The position numbers and the translations under genes are program-made. A stretch of DNA of 64,000 nucleotides from Podarcis liolepis (Eukaryota), in assembly GCA_965112155.1 (NCBI GenBank), contig OZ218105.1; one strand, given 5' to 3'. Every line of letters begins with the position of its first letter. Within the stretch, counting starts at the first letter, position 1. The notes beneath the pieces were generated by a model. It made no database searches and had not been told where the DNA came from. It saw only the letters and a program-made list of their open reading frames with translations. Positions 39,895 to 49,960 of the stretch are shown here, piece after piece.

Positions 39895-40818
39895 GTACTA
39901 GCTTTTGTTTTGTCAGATAGTTAACTTGTTTCTTTAAATTTGTTGTCTTTGCATGGTAGAATTATTTACACAAATAGCAAATGATTCAGCCTGCTACCAT
40001 GTGAGAAGGAGCGTTTGGATACTGGATAAGCTCCTGCAGATTAGGCCGCAGAACTAAAGAGAGAGAAAGGAGAAGCCCAGCTCAGTTCTCTTATACCCAT
40101 GTTGTCACTTCTCATGGAAGACTTATTTAACTATTACAGCAATAGATAACTATTCCATGAAGAATGTACACAAAAGTACACATAAATATATTCTGTACCT
40201 GCAACTGTCATAAAATGTTCCTCTGTGAAATATTCCATGAATGCAGCCACAGACACATCTGTTTGTATGACAATACTGACTTACTTCACATGACCTTTGT
40301 CCTATCAACCTAAACTACCCCTTCTTCCTATACAGAGCCTCAACCAGTAGCAGACGGGGCGAGGGCAGGAGTAGTGCTGCTCACCCAATCTCTTGGCTGG
40401 TGAATCACTGCTGCTTCCTGGGAAAGTGAGTGGGAGATAAAAGATGGTGGGGAGCTCAGCACTGTGTGAACATGCTGGCAGGAGTGTTGTATTAACTCCG
40501 CCAGTGCATTTGCACAGCCCCAACCTCCCCACAAACTTGTACCTCCCACTCTTAGTATAAAGCAGCAACTCTGCTGCTAAGAGGTCAGGTGAGCAATTCT
40601 GTCCCATCGCACCATCCACTACTGGCCTCAACAGCTGGACCCTGCACCATATCCTTAGCAGAGGGGACCTATACATTTTTGGTTAATGATATATAATAAG
40701 AATTTGCTTTGATAGACAGCAATTGAATACAATTCTCAGGACAGAGATACAGCTGCATTTTTTATAAGCGCAATAGACAAGTAATAGTCAACTAAACTGA
40801 CTCTCAATTACTTCATAG

Positions 40819-40917
40819 ATATGGATGTTAACAGGAGATAAATTGGAGACAGCTACTTGTATTGCAAAAAGCTCTCACCTAGTATCCAGAGCACAAGATA
40901 TTCATATTTTCAGACCT
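40819..40917 (+). CDS. ATP9B: ATP9B exon 9 ([33 protein letters not shown])
   Basis: catag| acceptor, CCT|gtaagt donor; 99 nt; TGDK motif. Confidence 0.95.
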
Positions 40918-41892
40918 GTAAGTATTGCTACCAGTACTTTGTTTCTTGTCACCCTTAGCAATGTCTACTACTGTTGTGGTGTTTGCTAAAGACATGATAA
41001 GTGTTCATTCATTTTATGAGACAGACAGACAGACAAACAGTATGGTAAAAGAATGAATTCCAGTGGGAATGCTATACACCCTTAGCTGCCCCAGTTTAAT
41101 TTGGTCTTTATGTTTCATGACATCTGTTGCATTATGCACATATACTCATGTTCTCATGCACCTACATGCCCACATACTATGCGCCTGCACAGGCCATGTC
41201 AATGGGAAACATACAGAAAAAGTCTTCTGTTTCAATTTGACCCCGTGTCAGAGGATAGCTAAAGTGCAGTAAAGCCAGCTTAGTGTCTTTCGGACTACAC
41301 TGAGAGCATATTGACAGCTTTTTCTGATAGTCAAGGCCAGAGATGGAGGAACTCCAGTCTGTGAGCTGATCTTGGTCTGCTGGCTTGTCCAGTTTGGCTC
41401 ACACAGTCATTTCCCCCAGACTATGCCCATATTCCTGGAGTACCCCTTGCAAGTTTCCCACCCTCTCTTAGTGCATGAGGACTTCCTCTTTTGGAATTAT
41501 AATTGCATGAAAATGTCCACTTTGGAAATTATCAGTATTTGCTATCCCTTCAGCTGCACATTCCTTATATCTTATCCCTTTGGAAATCCTGGGGTAGAAC
41601 ACAGTTTCTTATTCCAATAGTTTTTCATCTTCTATGAAGTATTGCCCTGGTCCGATATAGCACTAAACCATGATTTAGCATTATGACAATGTGCCACAAC
41701 TTGTGCAATCTCTGCTTCTCTCCCCACTCCCCAGCTTTGCATCATTCCGAAGGGGAGTTTTAGAAAATGTCACCTACTCAGCTTCCCTTCAGCATTGCAG
41801 ATATTGCAGTATCTTATTTACAGTGGGAGGCAAGAGATTCATAGAGATTTAAGGGTGGAAAAAAACAGAGTAATTCCACCATAGTAAAAAGC

Positions 41893-41945
<53 letters not shown>
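41893..41945. repeat. (AGAT)n microsatellite
   Basis: direct reading; ends ~45 nt before the exon 10 acceptor. Confidence 0.95.
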
Positions 41946-41990
41946 TTACTGTCACACCTTAAACTGTTGAATGTATCTTTTTAAATTAAG

Positions 41991-42080
41991 GTTACAAGTC
42001 GTGGAGAAGCTCATTTGGAGCTAAATGCATTCAGAAGGAAACATGACTGTGCATTGGTAATATCTGGGGACTCTCTGGAG
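41991..42080 (+). CDS. ATP9B: ATP9B exon 10 ([30 protein letters not shown])
   Basis: ttaag| acceptor, GAG|gtaagg donor; 90 nt. Confidence 0.95.
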
Positions 42081-42991
42081 GTAAGGCCCTGGCTTTTGTC
42101 AGTGACTGTACTGTTAAGGTAATTTAAAAATTGATTAATTCTAAGTACTTTTACCACCAGACTGCCAAAAGAGGACCCGAATAGCACCTTTGGTCTGCAG
42201 TTTGTTTTACATCAAAAACACTTAATACTGTAAGATTAAACCAAGTTGAGGAACAGTTACCCAGAATATCTGTTATCTAATACCAGCCTTGGACACATTG
42301 AAATAAATGGATCTACTTTGAGTATAACTTTGTTGTCACCCTCCTTCTGCAAAAATACTTGTTCGTCATTTCATAATATCAAAGATGATAATAACTTTCT
42401 GTGAGTTAAATTCTCCAATTTAAATACCAAGGGGGGAAAAGAGCCTCTCCAAGAGTTGCAGTGCCCTACCCTGCCCATTCAGCAATATAAGTGTGTGCTT
42501 GGAAGCTACCAGTTACAATTTACAGAGACACTGGCGCAGGAATTACTAAGGAGATTTTTGCTGGAAAGGTTTAAGAATCAGCATTCTCATTTTTATGTTG
42601 GGGGGGGGATAGTTTCTGAAAACAGTTAAACAATCTCCATATATCCCACCTGCAATAAACATTCATTTCATACACAATGTAGCTTATATAGTCAAACATT
42701 AAGCAGATATGTAACAATAATTACACTCTGTTAAGTGTCTTGTACTATATGCGGGTTGTCCATGAGTGATTTGTGGGTATTCTTGATTGCATCTTTTCAG
42801 GAACAAATTATTTCCACCCTCAGCTAGTCCCCTAGCAAATCTGTGTGCTCCTCCTTTTGAGTTCTGCAGAAGGAGTCAATACGTGGGCAAGTCTCTTGTT
42901 CCTGCAATATAGTATCTATTCCTGTTGGGAAGGATGAACTTGCCCCACAATGAGTTGTGAGAAGGTCAGGAATATCTGTCATGGACATGAT

Positions 42992-43150
42992 CATAGGAAG
43001 CTGCCTTGTGCAAACAGTTGGTCTTTTTGCTCAGTCTTGTTGACAGTGACTGGTAGCAGCACTTCAAGTTTTAATGCAGAAGCCTTTTCCACCTCTATCT
43101 AGAGATAACATGAATTGAACCTTTGCATTCAAAGCATGTACTGTATTAAC
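42992..43150 (-). mobile_element. Degraded tRNA-derived squamate SINE (Squam3-like)
   Basis: Reverse complement resembles the copy at 61784-61973; cataggaagctgcctt end. Confidence 0.55.
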
Positions 43151-43473
43151 ATGCTCTAATAGATCCTATTTTGTGTTGTATCAAAATAAAGGTTCCAAGA
43201 TAAATAGTATGTTCTTATACCTTCATTCACACACAACAGTGATTTCCATTGATGAAGAAACAAGCTGCCTTTTAGACTTTACAGTAACAGACATTTATCT
43301 ACCATTTCTTTCTCGCTTGCCCATAGCCCATACATGTACTTCTGGTGCATGGGAATAGCACTGAAAAGTGATCCAACTTTCAACTAACTCTTATGTTGTT
43401 TAAGCTAAAAATACTGCTGGATAAAAAAATTCCTTCCAGTAGCACCTTAAAGACCAACTAAGTTAGTTCTTGG

Positions 43474-43510
43474 TATGAGCTTTCGTGTGCATGCACACTT
43501 CTTCAGATAC
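43474..43510 (-). ncRNA. Minimal type I hammerhead ribozyme motif (Penelope-type), antisense copy
   Basis: Reverse complement reads gtat-CTGAAGA-a-gtgtgcatgcacac-GAAA-gc-TC-atac with a 4-bp stem I. Confidence 0.65.
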
Positions 43511-43519
43511 TTCTTCAGA

Positions 43520-43556
43520 TATCTGAAGAAGTGTGCATGCACACGAAAGCTCATAC
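43520..43556 (+). ncRNA. Minimal type I hammerhead ribozyme motif (Penelope-type), sense to ATP9B pre-mRNA
   Basis: tat-CTGAAGA-a-gtgtgcatgcacac-GAAA-gc-TC-ata: core boxes, stem II, palindromic AGCT stem III, 3-bp stem I. Confidence 0.65.
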
Positions 43557-43702
43557 CAAGAACTGACTTAGTTGGTCTTTAAGGTGCTACTGGAAGGAAT
43601 TTTTTTATTTTGACTATGGCAGACCAACACGGTTACCTATCTGTAACCAATACTGCTGGAGTTCTGTTAAGTGGTAAACCCCCAATATGTTGCTTTTTGT
43701 AG

Positions 43703-43847
43703 GTCTGCTTGAAATACTATGAGCATGAATTTGTGGAATTAGCTTGTCAGTGTCCAGCTGTAGTATGCTGCCGATGTTCACCCACCCAAAAGGCCCACAT
43801 AGTAAAATTGTTGCAACACCACACAGGAAAACGTACTTGTGCAATAG
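43703..43847 (+). CDS. ATP9B: ATP9B exon 11 ([49 protein letters not shown])
   Basis: tgtag| acceptor, G|gtaagc donor; 145 nt; CCRxSPxQK motif. Confidence 0.95.
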
Positions 43848-43985
43848 GTAAGCATCCACTCTGGTTTTATTCCCGTTGACAAACTAATGATATGTCTCTC
43901 CTCTTAAGTACAAGGACTAAGGAACTGTCCTGGATAATTTAATAGGCAAATGTTATATTTTCATTTATTTGTTTTCGTAAAAACC

Positions 43986-44060
43986 AAGGGAAAGGAGAAT
44001 GTTAGCCGCTTTGAGACTCCTTCTGGTAGTGATAAAGCGGGATATCAAATCCAAACTCTC
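43986..44060 (+). mobile_element. 3' end of SINE/LINE with L2-like tail (second copy)
   Basis: Matches 4043-4115. Confidence 0.65.
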
Positions 44061-44154
44061 TAAATTAATTCCAAGTGAAATTAAATTCAACAAGCAAATT
44101 TTAAAGATTGTGGAACTGGTCTAAAATGTGACAGGTGATTGTACTTTTTTTCAG

Positions 44155-44219
44155 GTGATGGAGGAAATGATGTCAATATGATCCAGGCAGCAGACTGTGG
44201 AATTGGAATTGAAGGAAAG
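44155..44219 (+). CDS. ATP9B: ATP9B exon 12 ([21 protein letters not shown])
   Basis: ttcag| acceptor, AAG|gtatat donor; 65 nt; GDGGND hinge typical of the ATP9/Neo1 class. Confidence 0.96.
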
Positions 44220-44480
44220 GTATATTTATTACAGAGTTTATTAAATGTATACTTTAAAATGTGTTGGAATCCACTGGTTAAAATTGTAAATACATTTGGT
44301 ATATGCATATCTTACTCATAGTAGTAAAAATTCATGCTGTGTATAAATCCCCATCACTTGAATTTTCAGATTTGGAGGTGCTCATTATTAAACCTGTTAA
44401 TAGATGGTACTTTTTCCAAGGTGATGTTTACAGTGTTGATCGTGTGTTTTTTTAATGTGTGATTCTTATTTTCAATTTAG

Positions 44481-44636
44481 GAGGGGAAACAAGCTTCTTT
44501 AGCTGCTGATTTTTCAATTACACAATTTAAACACATTGGCCGGCTGCTGATGGTACATGGTCGAAATAGTTACAAAAGATCGGCAGCACTTGGTCAATTT
44601 GTCATGCACAGAGGCCTTATTATTTCAACTATGCAG
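44481..44636 (+). CDS. ATP9B: ATP9B exon 13 ([52 protein letters not shown])
   Basis: tttag| acceptor, CAG|gtattt donor; 156 nt. Confidence 0.95.
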
Positions 44637-44755
44637 GTATTTAATTCTTTTTACTTTCATGGTGAACTGTTTACCAACATTGTTCTAGCCATTTAAATAA
44701 TTTCCCCAGATTATCTGTAAGAATCCCAATATAATATACTGTGTTCTTCCTCTAG

Positions 44756-44820
44756 GCTGTGTTTTCTTCAGTCTTCTATTTTGCATCCGTTCCTTTATAC
44801 CAAGGTTTCCTCATGGTAGG
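44756..44820 (+). CDS. ATP9B: ATP9B exon 14 (AVFSSVFYFASVPLYQGFLMVG)
   Basis: tctag| acceptor, GG|gtaagt donor; 65 nt. Confidence 0.95.
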
Positions 44821-45260
44821 GTAAGTAAGAGATTCAGTTCTACGAAAACTTATTTCAGAGGTGTGTTGGTTTTTTGTTTACAGTGTTCATCATTATTATT
44901 AGTTATAATGAACAGTAACTTTCATTATGTTACCACTATTATGGCATGTAATATGTTACCATTATAGGTGGCCACTATAATTTTTTTCTTGTGGCCTCAA
45001 AAACAGTACTAATTCTAGACAGAAACCAATGAATTGAAGCATGTGCCATGAGTTCCTGTGAACCTCCCTCTTAAGTATAAATGATATAAAACAGATACAT
45101 AATCAGATTGTGTTGTTTTGATTGGTGAAGATAAAAATGTTCAAAGCAAGACCAACATACGCCATAGCTTGCATGGGCACCAAGATATTATTATGGAAGT
45201 GAAAGCAAGTTTATGTAAAGGATACATTTTAAAATATTTTTCAAATGATTTCTCCCTGAG

Positions 45261-45369
45261 GTATGCAACCATATACACGATGTTCCCAGTTTTCTCCTTA
45301 GTGCTGGATCAGGATGTGAAACCGGAAATGGCACTCCTTTATCCAGAACTTTATAAAGACCTTACTAAG
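45261..45369 (+). CDS. ATP9B: ATP9B exon 15 ([36 protein letters not shown])
   Basis: ccctgag| acceptor (GAG), AAG|gtaaga donor; 109 nt; YPELY motif. Confidence 0.94.
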
Positions 45370-46180
45370 GTAAGAGTTTTCAAAACGGGTCCATGTGGGC
45401 GACATTCTTTCTTTCCTTTTTTCTTTTCCCCCCTTGGCCCTATGTTCATTTCTTTCATAAAATTTGTACACCATTTGATTGTAAAAAAAAAAAAATTAAG
45501 CAGTTTACAAAAAGAGTTGCCACTTCCAGAGCAAAATATTATAGTGATAAGTTGACATTATATACATCTTGCCTTGAACACTGGGCAGTTTCTTCATATT
45601 AAGACCAGCATCAGCACCCTCGAGCAGCTGCTGGGACCCAAGTAGTAGGTGTTTTGGTCCACCCACTCTCTTGACTGCAGCTGGTTCTCATCATTCAGGG
45701 GCATTGTGGGTAATTTAGATGGTTGGTGGATTCCCAGACCCTGCCACATGGGAGAATGCTCCACCTGTGTGCAGTGTGAAGTCATGGCCCATGGATACCA
45801 TTTGGCATATTATAGTTGCATGTGTTGATTTTAAGGGAGAAAGTGAAATTGTGTGTTATATCAGTAATGAAAAACAAACACCCCTTTCAAAACAACACCT
45901 GAGGTTGTTTTTTTCCAGAAGTGATTATAATTATTGCAAAATTGAAGCACAGCACTATATATTCAATAGGGAAATTGAATCTTTTTTGCAAAAGTTTAAA
46001 TAAATCTTTTAAGTTTAGGTACCAAATGTAATTGCTGAAATTTAGCCCATATATTCTGTTTTTAAAATGAGGCCGTTGTAGTCCCAAAATATATAATTAA
46101 AAATACATGGTTTTTTGCTAATTGAATATATTTTGCCTTGTCCAAGTTGCTTACAAACTTCTTTTCATTGTTTCTTTTAG

Positions 46181-46238
46181 GGAAGATCTTTGTCATTTAA
46201 GACTTTCCTCATCTGGGTTTTAATCAGTATTTACCAAG
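46181..46238 (+). CDS. ATP9B: ATP9B exon 16 ([20 protein letters not shown])
   Basis: ttttag| acceptor, G|gtaaga donor; 58 nt. Confidence 0.95.
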
Positions 46239-46588
46239 GTAAGAGATCTGACTTGGTTTTTTTCTTGAGTAAATTTTTTCCCCGTCTTCTAACAGTTCCA
46301 TTTCAGCTTTCACAATGAGATTTCCAAAACTTAACGTTTCATCCACAGGGCTTTTAAAAATTGCTTTATGTTTATCTTGAAATATGATATTCAAGTAGTG
46401 TCAGACCTATTAATTGCAGTTCAACATTGATTTTTTTCCCCCCAAGCCTGTTTGAGCCCCTTTCACATATTCCCCATGCAGTCCCTGAATGCCTAGAATG
46501 AGGAGTGGAAGTGCAGTAACTAACCGTGCATGAAGAAGATGAGCTCTACAGTGAATCCATTATTAAAGTTCTTGTATATCTTTCTCAG

Positions 46589-46792
46589 GTGGCATTCTGA
46601 TGTATGGAGCTCTTTTGCTTTTCGAATCTGAATTTGTCCATGTTGTTGCCATTTCTTTCACTGCACTAATCCTGACTGAGCTTTTGATGGTTGCACTTAC
46701 CATACGAACATGGCATTGGTTAATGGTGGTGGCTGAAATCTTCAGCCTTTGCTGTTATGTGGCCTCGCTTGCATTTCTAAATGAATATTTTG
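46589..46792 (+). CDS. ATP9B: ATP9B exon 17 ([67 protein letters not shown])
   Basis: tctcag| acceptor, G|gtgagt donor; 204 nt; hydrophobic TM segments. Confidence 0.96.
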
Positions 46793-47309
46793 GTGAGTAG
46801 CTATCACTTACATAATGGGTAGTATCTATTGTTCTGTTTTAAGATGTGCTATGTTTACACAGCTGTGAGCAGTATGACAGTAGTTTTTGTCTGAATTCAA
46901 TTCAGCTGTATTAATTTGATCCAGATATGTGGACTGTCACCATAGGTAATACCAGGCAACTTACATTATATATAAAAATCTGGCCTTTATCACAAGGGGT
47001 TGTGTTAGGCTTCCTCTTCGCCACAGCATTCAAATTAAAAACGCTGTTGGAGGTATGGGGTTACTGACCTCTGTCTTCTGTTTATCTAACATAGCTCTTA
47101 AAAATAACATTCACTTTTAGAATATATTCCAGAATGTATTTTTAAATCTGAAATGGTACGGTCTGTAGGAGAGCAGCCTTCAGATACTACTAACCACTTT
47201 CAAACCTTTCAGCTCTCTCTTACTTAACACATTCCTTTTTAATATATTGCTTCTTATTTCCTTGTTTTTCTATAAATCTGTCCTTTCTTCTTCTACCTTA
47301 TCGGAGCAG

Positions 47310-47342
47310 GTATAGGCAGAGTGTCTTTTGGAGCTTTCTTAG
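47310..47342 (+). CDS. ATP9B: ATP9B exon 18, 33-nt symmetric cassette exon (GIGRVSFGAFL)
   Basis: gagcag| acceptor, G|gtaggt donor; phase 1-1; encodes the 11-aa segment I recall from the long human isoform. Confidence 0.88.
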
Positions 47343-47978
47343 GTAGGTATAATTGTTATTTTCTTCAAGGTAAAGTGCCCCACAGAGCACTAGGACAAAT
47401 TTGCCAAAACAGTAACAGGCATCCCTTTTTGCTAGCATTGAAAAAACAGGTGTTTTTTTCATATTCCACTGCATGGTAATTACTTGGAATCTTAATGGAT
47501 TTGTATTGAAAAAGACTGATCAGGTTCTTAATTGTTTAATTGAATATGTATTTAAATTTACATGTGCAAATATCAGTGAAAGTGTGTCAACAATCCTGAA
47601 ATCCATAAAATTCAACTTTCAAAGTTCAAAATTTGCTTTTAATTTTGTTTAAATCATGCTGGATTTTTAAAAGGTGACATATTTGAACACCTTGCCTTTG
47701 TTCTTTGACATTTGCCTTTGAGCAAGAGCCTGGCATTTTCAAATCTGTTATAGTGGTGTTATTCAGTCCATTTTCAGGAGAGACTGATTTAATAAAGCAT
47801 TTTAAAAGAAACATATGACAGTGTACAGCTGTGGCCTAATATTAATCAGCTCCCACCACCTCACAGTCTTATAAAATAGCCTGTGACAAGAGTTCAGTGA
47901 TATTTATTGATCTTGCACATTGGACATTCCCCCAATTTCCTGCTTTTATAACTTATTTCCCCCTTTTTATGTCTATAG

Positions 47979-48115
47979 ATCTTGCCTTTATCACAACTGT
48001 GACCTTCCTGTGGAAAGTGTCAGCCATCACTGTAGTAAGCTGTCTTCCACTTTATATTCTGAAGTACTTAAAACGTAAATTTTCTCCTCCAAGTTATTCC
48101 AAACTTACCTCGTAA
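47979..48115 (+). CDS. ATP9B: ATP9B terminal coding exon ([45 protein letters not shown])
   Basis: ctatag| acceptor; TAA at 48113-48115; ATP9/Neo1-type C-terminus (PPSYSKL). Confidence 0.96.
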
Positions 48116-49930
48116 AAGTGACTGCACACCTATGTTTTTTCCACCAATGTGACTATACCTAGAAATTGCTTCAAGCATTCACACTCTACTTCAGTCTGTA
48201 ATAGAGAGAAGAAAAATAATAACCAGAAAAATGGAGCAAACAGCACAAAAAAGACGGGGAACCTCTTCGAGGTGTTACAGTGAGCTTATTAGCAGAACTG
48301 TTCAGAACAAACATATTTCCTTTTGTACACAGTTTTTTTAAACTTCTGAGTTAACAGTGCTACTGAATTATTTAATTGCTACTGTAAAGGATTTATTCCT
48401 ACTGCACTATTTTTCTGCACATGGAACTGAAAACATTTTTTCCTGTAAGCTCATAATTTACTGATAGACACATTCCTTCATCAGAATATTCATTCATTCC
48501 CACGTTAAAAAAAAAAGTGTAACAAGCCTAGAAACTGTAAATGCGATTGTCTGTATTTGCTGCTCTATGTAACCGATATATGCACTATATGAATTATGTA
48601 CAGCTGTCTGCGTAGCACAGTATTTGTTTGGGATCTGTGGTCCTTTTTCCTCCCCTGTACTCTCCATTGCTAGCTGCATTTAAGAAATCCATGTCATAAA
48701 TAGCAGCCTTTCAATTGCAGATGGAGGCCACATTGCACAAAACGTGATGGAAATAAATTCCTGTACATATTTACATTATACCTACCGATCTGTACAGATT
48801 GACCTAGACTTTACTGTTCAGTAAATGTTTTATAAACTCCTAGCTGCTTTGTATTTGTAAAGCTATACTCCAGAAGCATAAGCGCATTACTGAACATTTC
48901 ATATATAGAAATTAACCTTGGATGAAAGAAAATCCACCAACAATGGGTTCTGTGCAGCTTTCGGCGTTTTAGTGGGGATTTTGCTCAAGCCCCATGGAAA
49001 ATGGTTATGTAGCACCCATGCTTAATGGATCATTCCCAAACAGTCTGTTCTGGGTGCAGGAGTTTCTGTGTCTATGCACAACTCCTCTTCCTGGAATGTT
49101 TCCCCCATTGATTTCAGTAGATGGAACTGATCCACATACATGGTTCCTCTTTGTACATGTGGATTGACTTTCTGTTTGAAATAATGAGGGTCTTTCCACA
49201 AACTTCATTTGAACATAGACTGTACATGGAACTCTTGAGTCAGGCAAGTACATGCACATTGTAATTGTTTTCTTAAGGTTACTCAGGTAAAAAGGATAAA
49301 ATGGACAACATAATAATAGTAGAAAATCCATCATCTTCCAAAACTTAATCTTTATATTTCTGAGTTAGTTACAACAAAGAAAAGAAAATAACACACTCTA
49401 ATCTGATGTAATCTTGATGGATAGTTGTCTGAATCTTACGTACTGTATTATTATGCAGGATATTTTTTCTCCACAGTGCTGTTTCGTTTTTCAAGAAATA
49501 GATGTACCAGGTTATTTAGCTTAGTCAAGTACCGGCTGAAATAGTAAATATAATTGACCCATGTTTCTTTACTAAAAATAATAGTTTATTTGTATGTTTT
49601 AAGCAATTAATAATTGTATTTTGTATCGCATTGTTTTGTTAGACTATCTCACAACTCCTTTTATAGTTACTTAGAACCATCATCTTATGCCCTTATTTTA
49701 TAATGATGCTAATCTTGAACACCTCCACAGACAGACTGTTGCCAAGCTTGTTGAGCTACAATCCAACTCCATTTGTTTTGAAGATGTTTTAATAGCAACT
49801 GATCCTTGCTTCTTCTTTTTAATAAAAAAAAACAAACTTTTTTTTCATTATAAAAGCAATAAAACCTCATTTCTACCAAATATTATTATTGCAAGTTTGT
49901 AAAATAAACATGTTTGGTAGTGTTTCTGTT
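48116..49930 (+). other. ATP9B: Probable ATP9B 3' UTR
   Basis: Repeat-poor AT-rich sequence after the stop, ending in a cluster of AATAAA signals; end point inferred. Confidence 0.6.
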
Positions 49931-49960
49931 ATGCTTTGCTCATTAATTTTCTTTCTGTGA
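49821..49960 (+). terminator. Polyadenylation signal cluster
   Basis: AATAAA at 49821, 49858 and 49903 followed by a GT/T-rich tract (tgtttggtagtgtttctgttatgctttg). Confidence 0.6.

Larger units (their letters stand above)
43422..43648. mobile_element. Penelope-like retroelement terminal fragment arranged as an inverted repeat
   Basis: 12-bp TSD aatactgctgga (43410-43421, 43649-43660); arms 43421-43509 and 43520-43608 with one mismatch; hammerhead core in each arm. Confidence 0.8.

Noticed and set aside
43421-43608. Palindrome as a miRNA gene or DNA-transposon MITE
   Set aside because: 12-bp TSD, one-sided 3' extension and hammerhead cores fit a Penelope-type retro-insertion better
44128-44160. 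Duplicate caggtgat 20 nt upstream of the exon 12 acceptor
   Set aside because: Upstream AG lacks a pyrimidine tract and would frameshift
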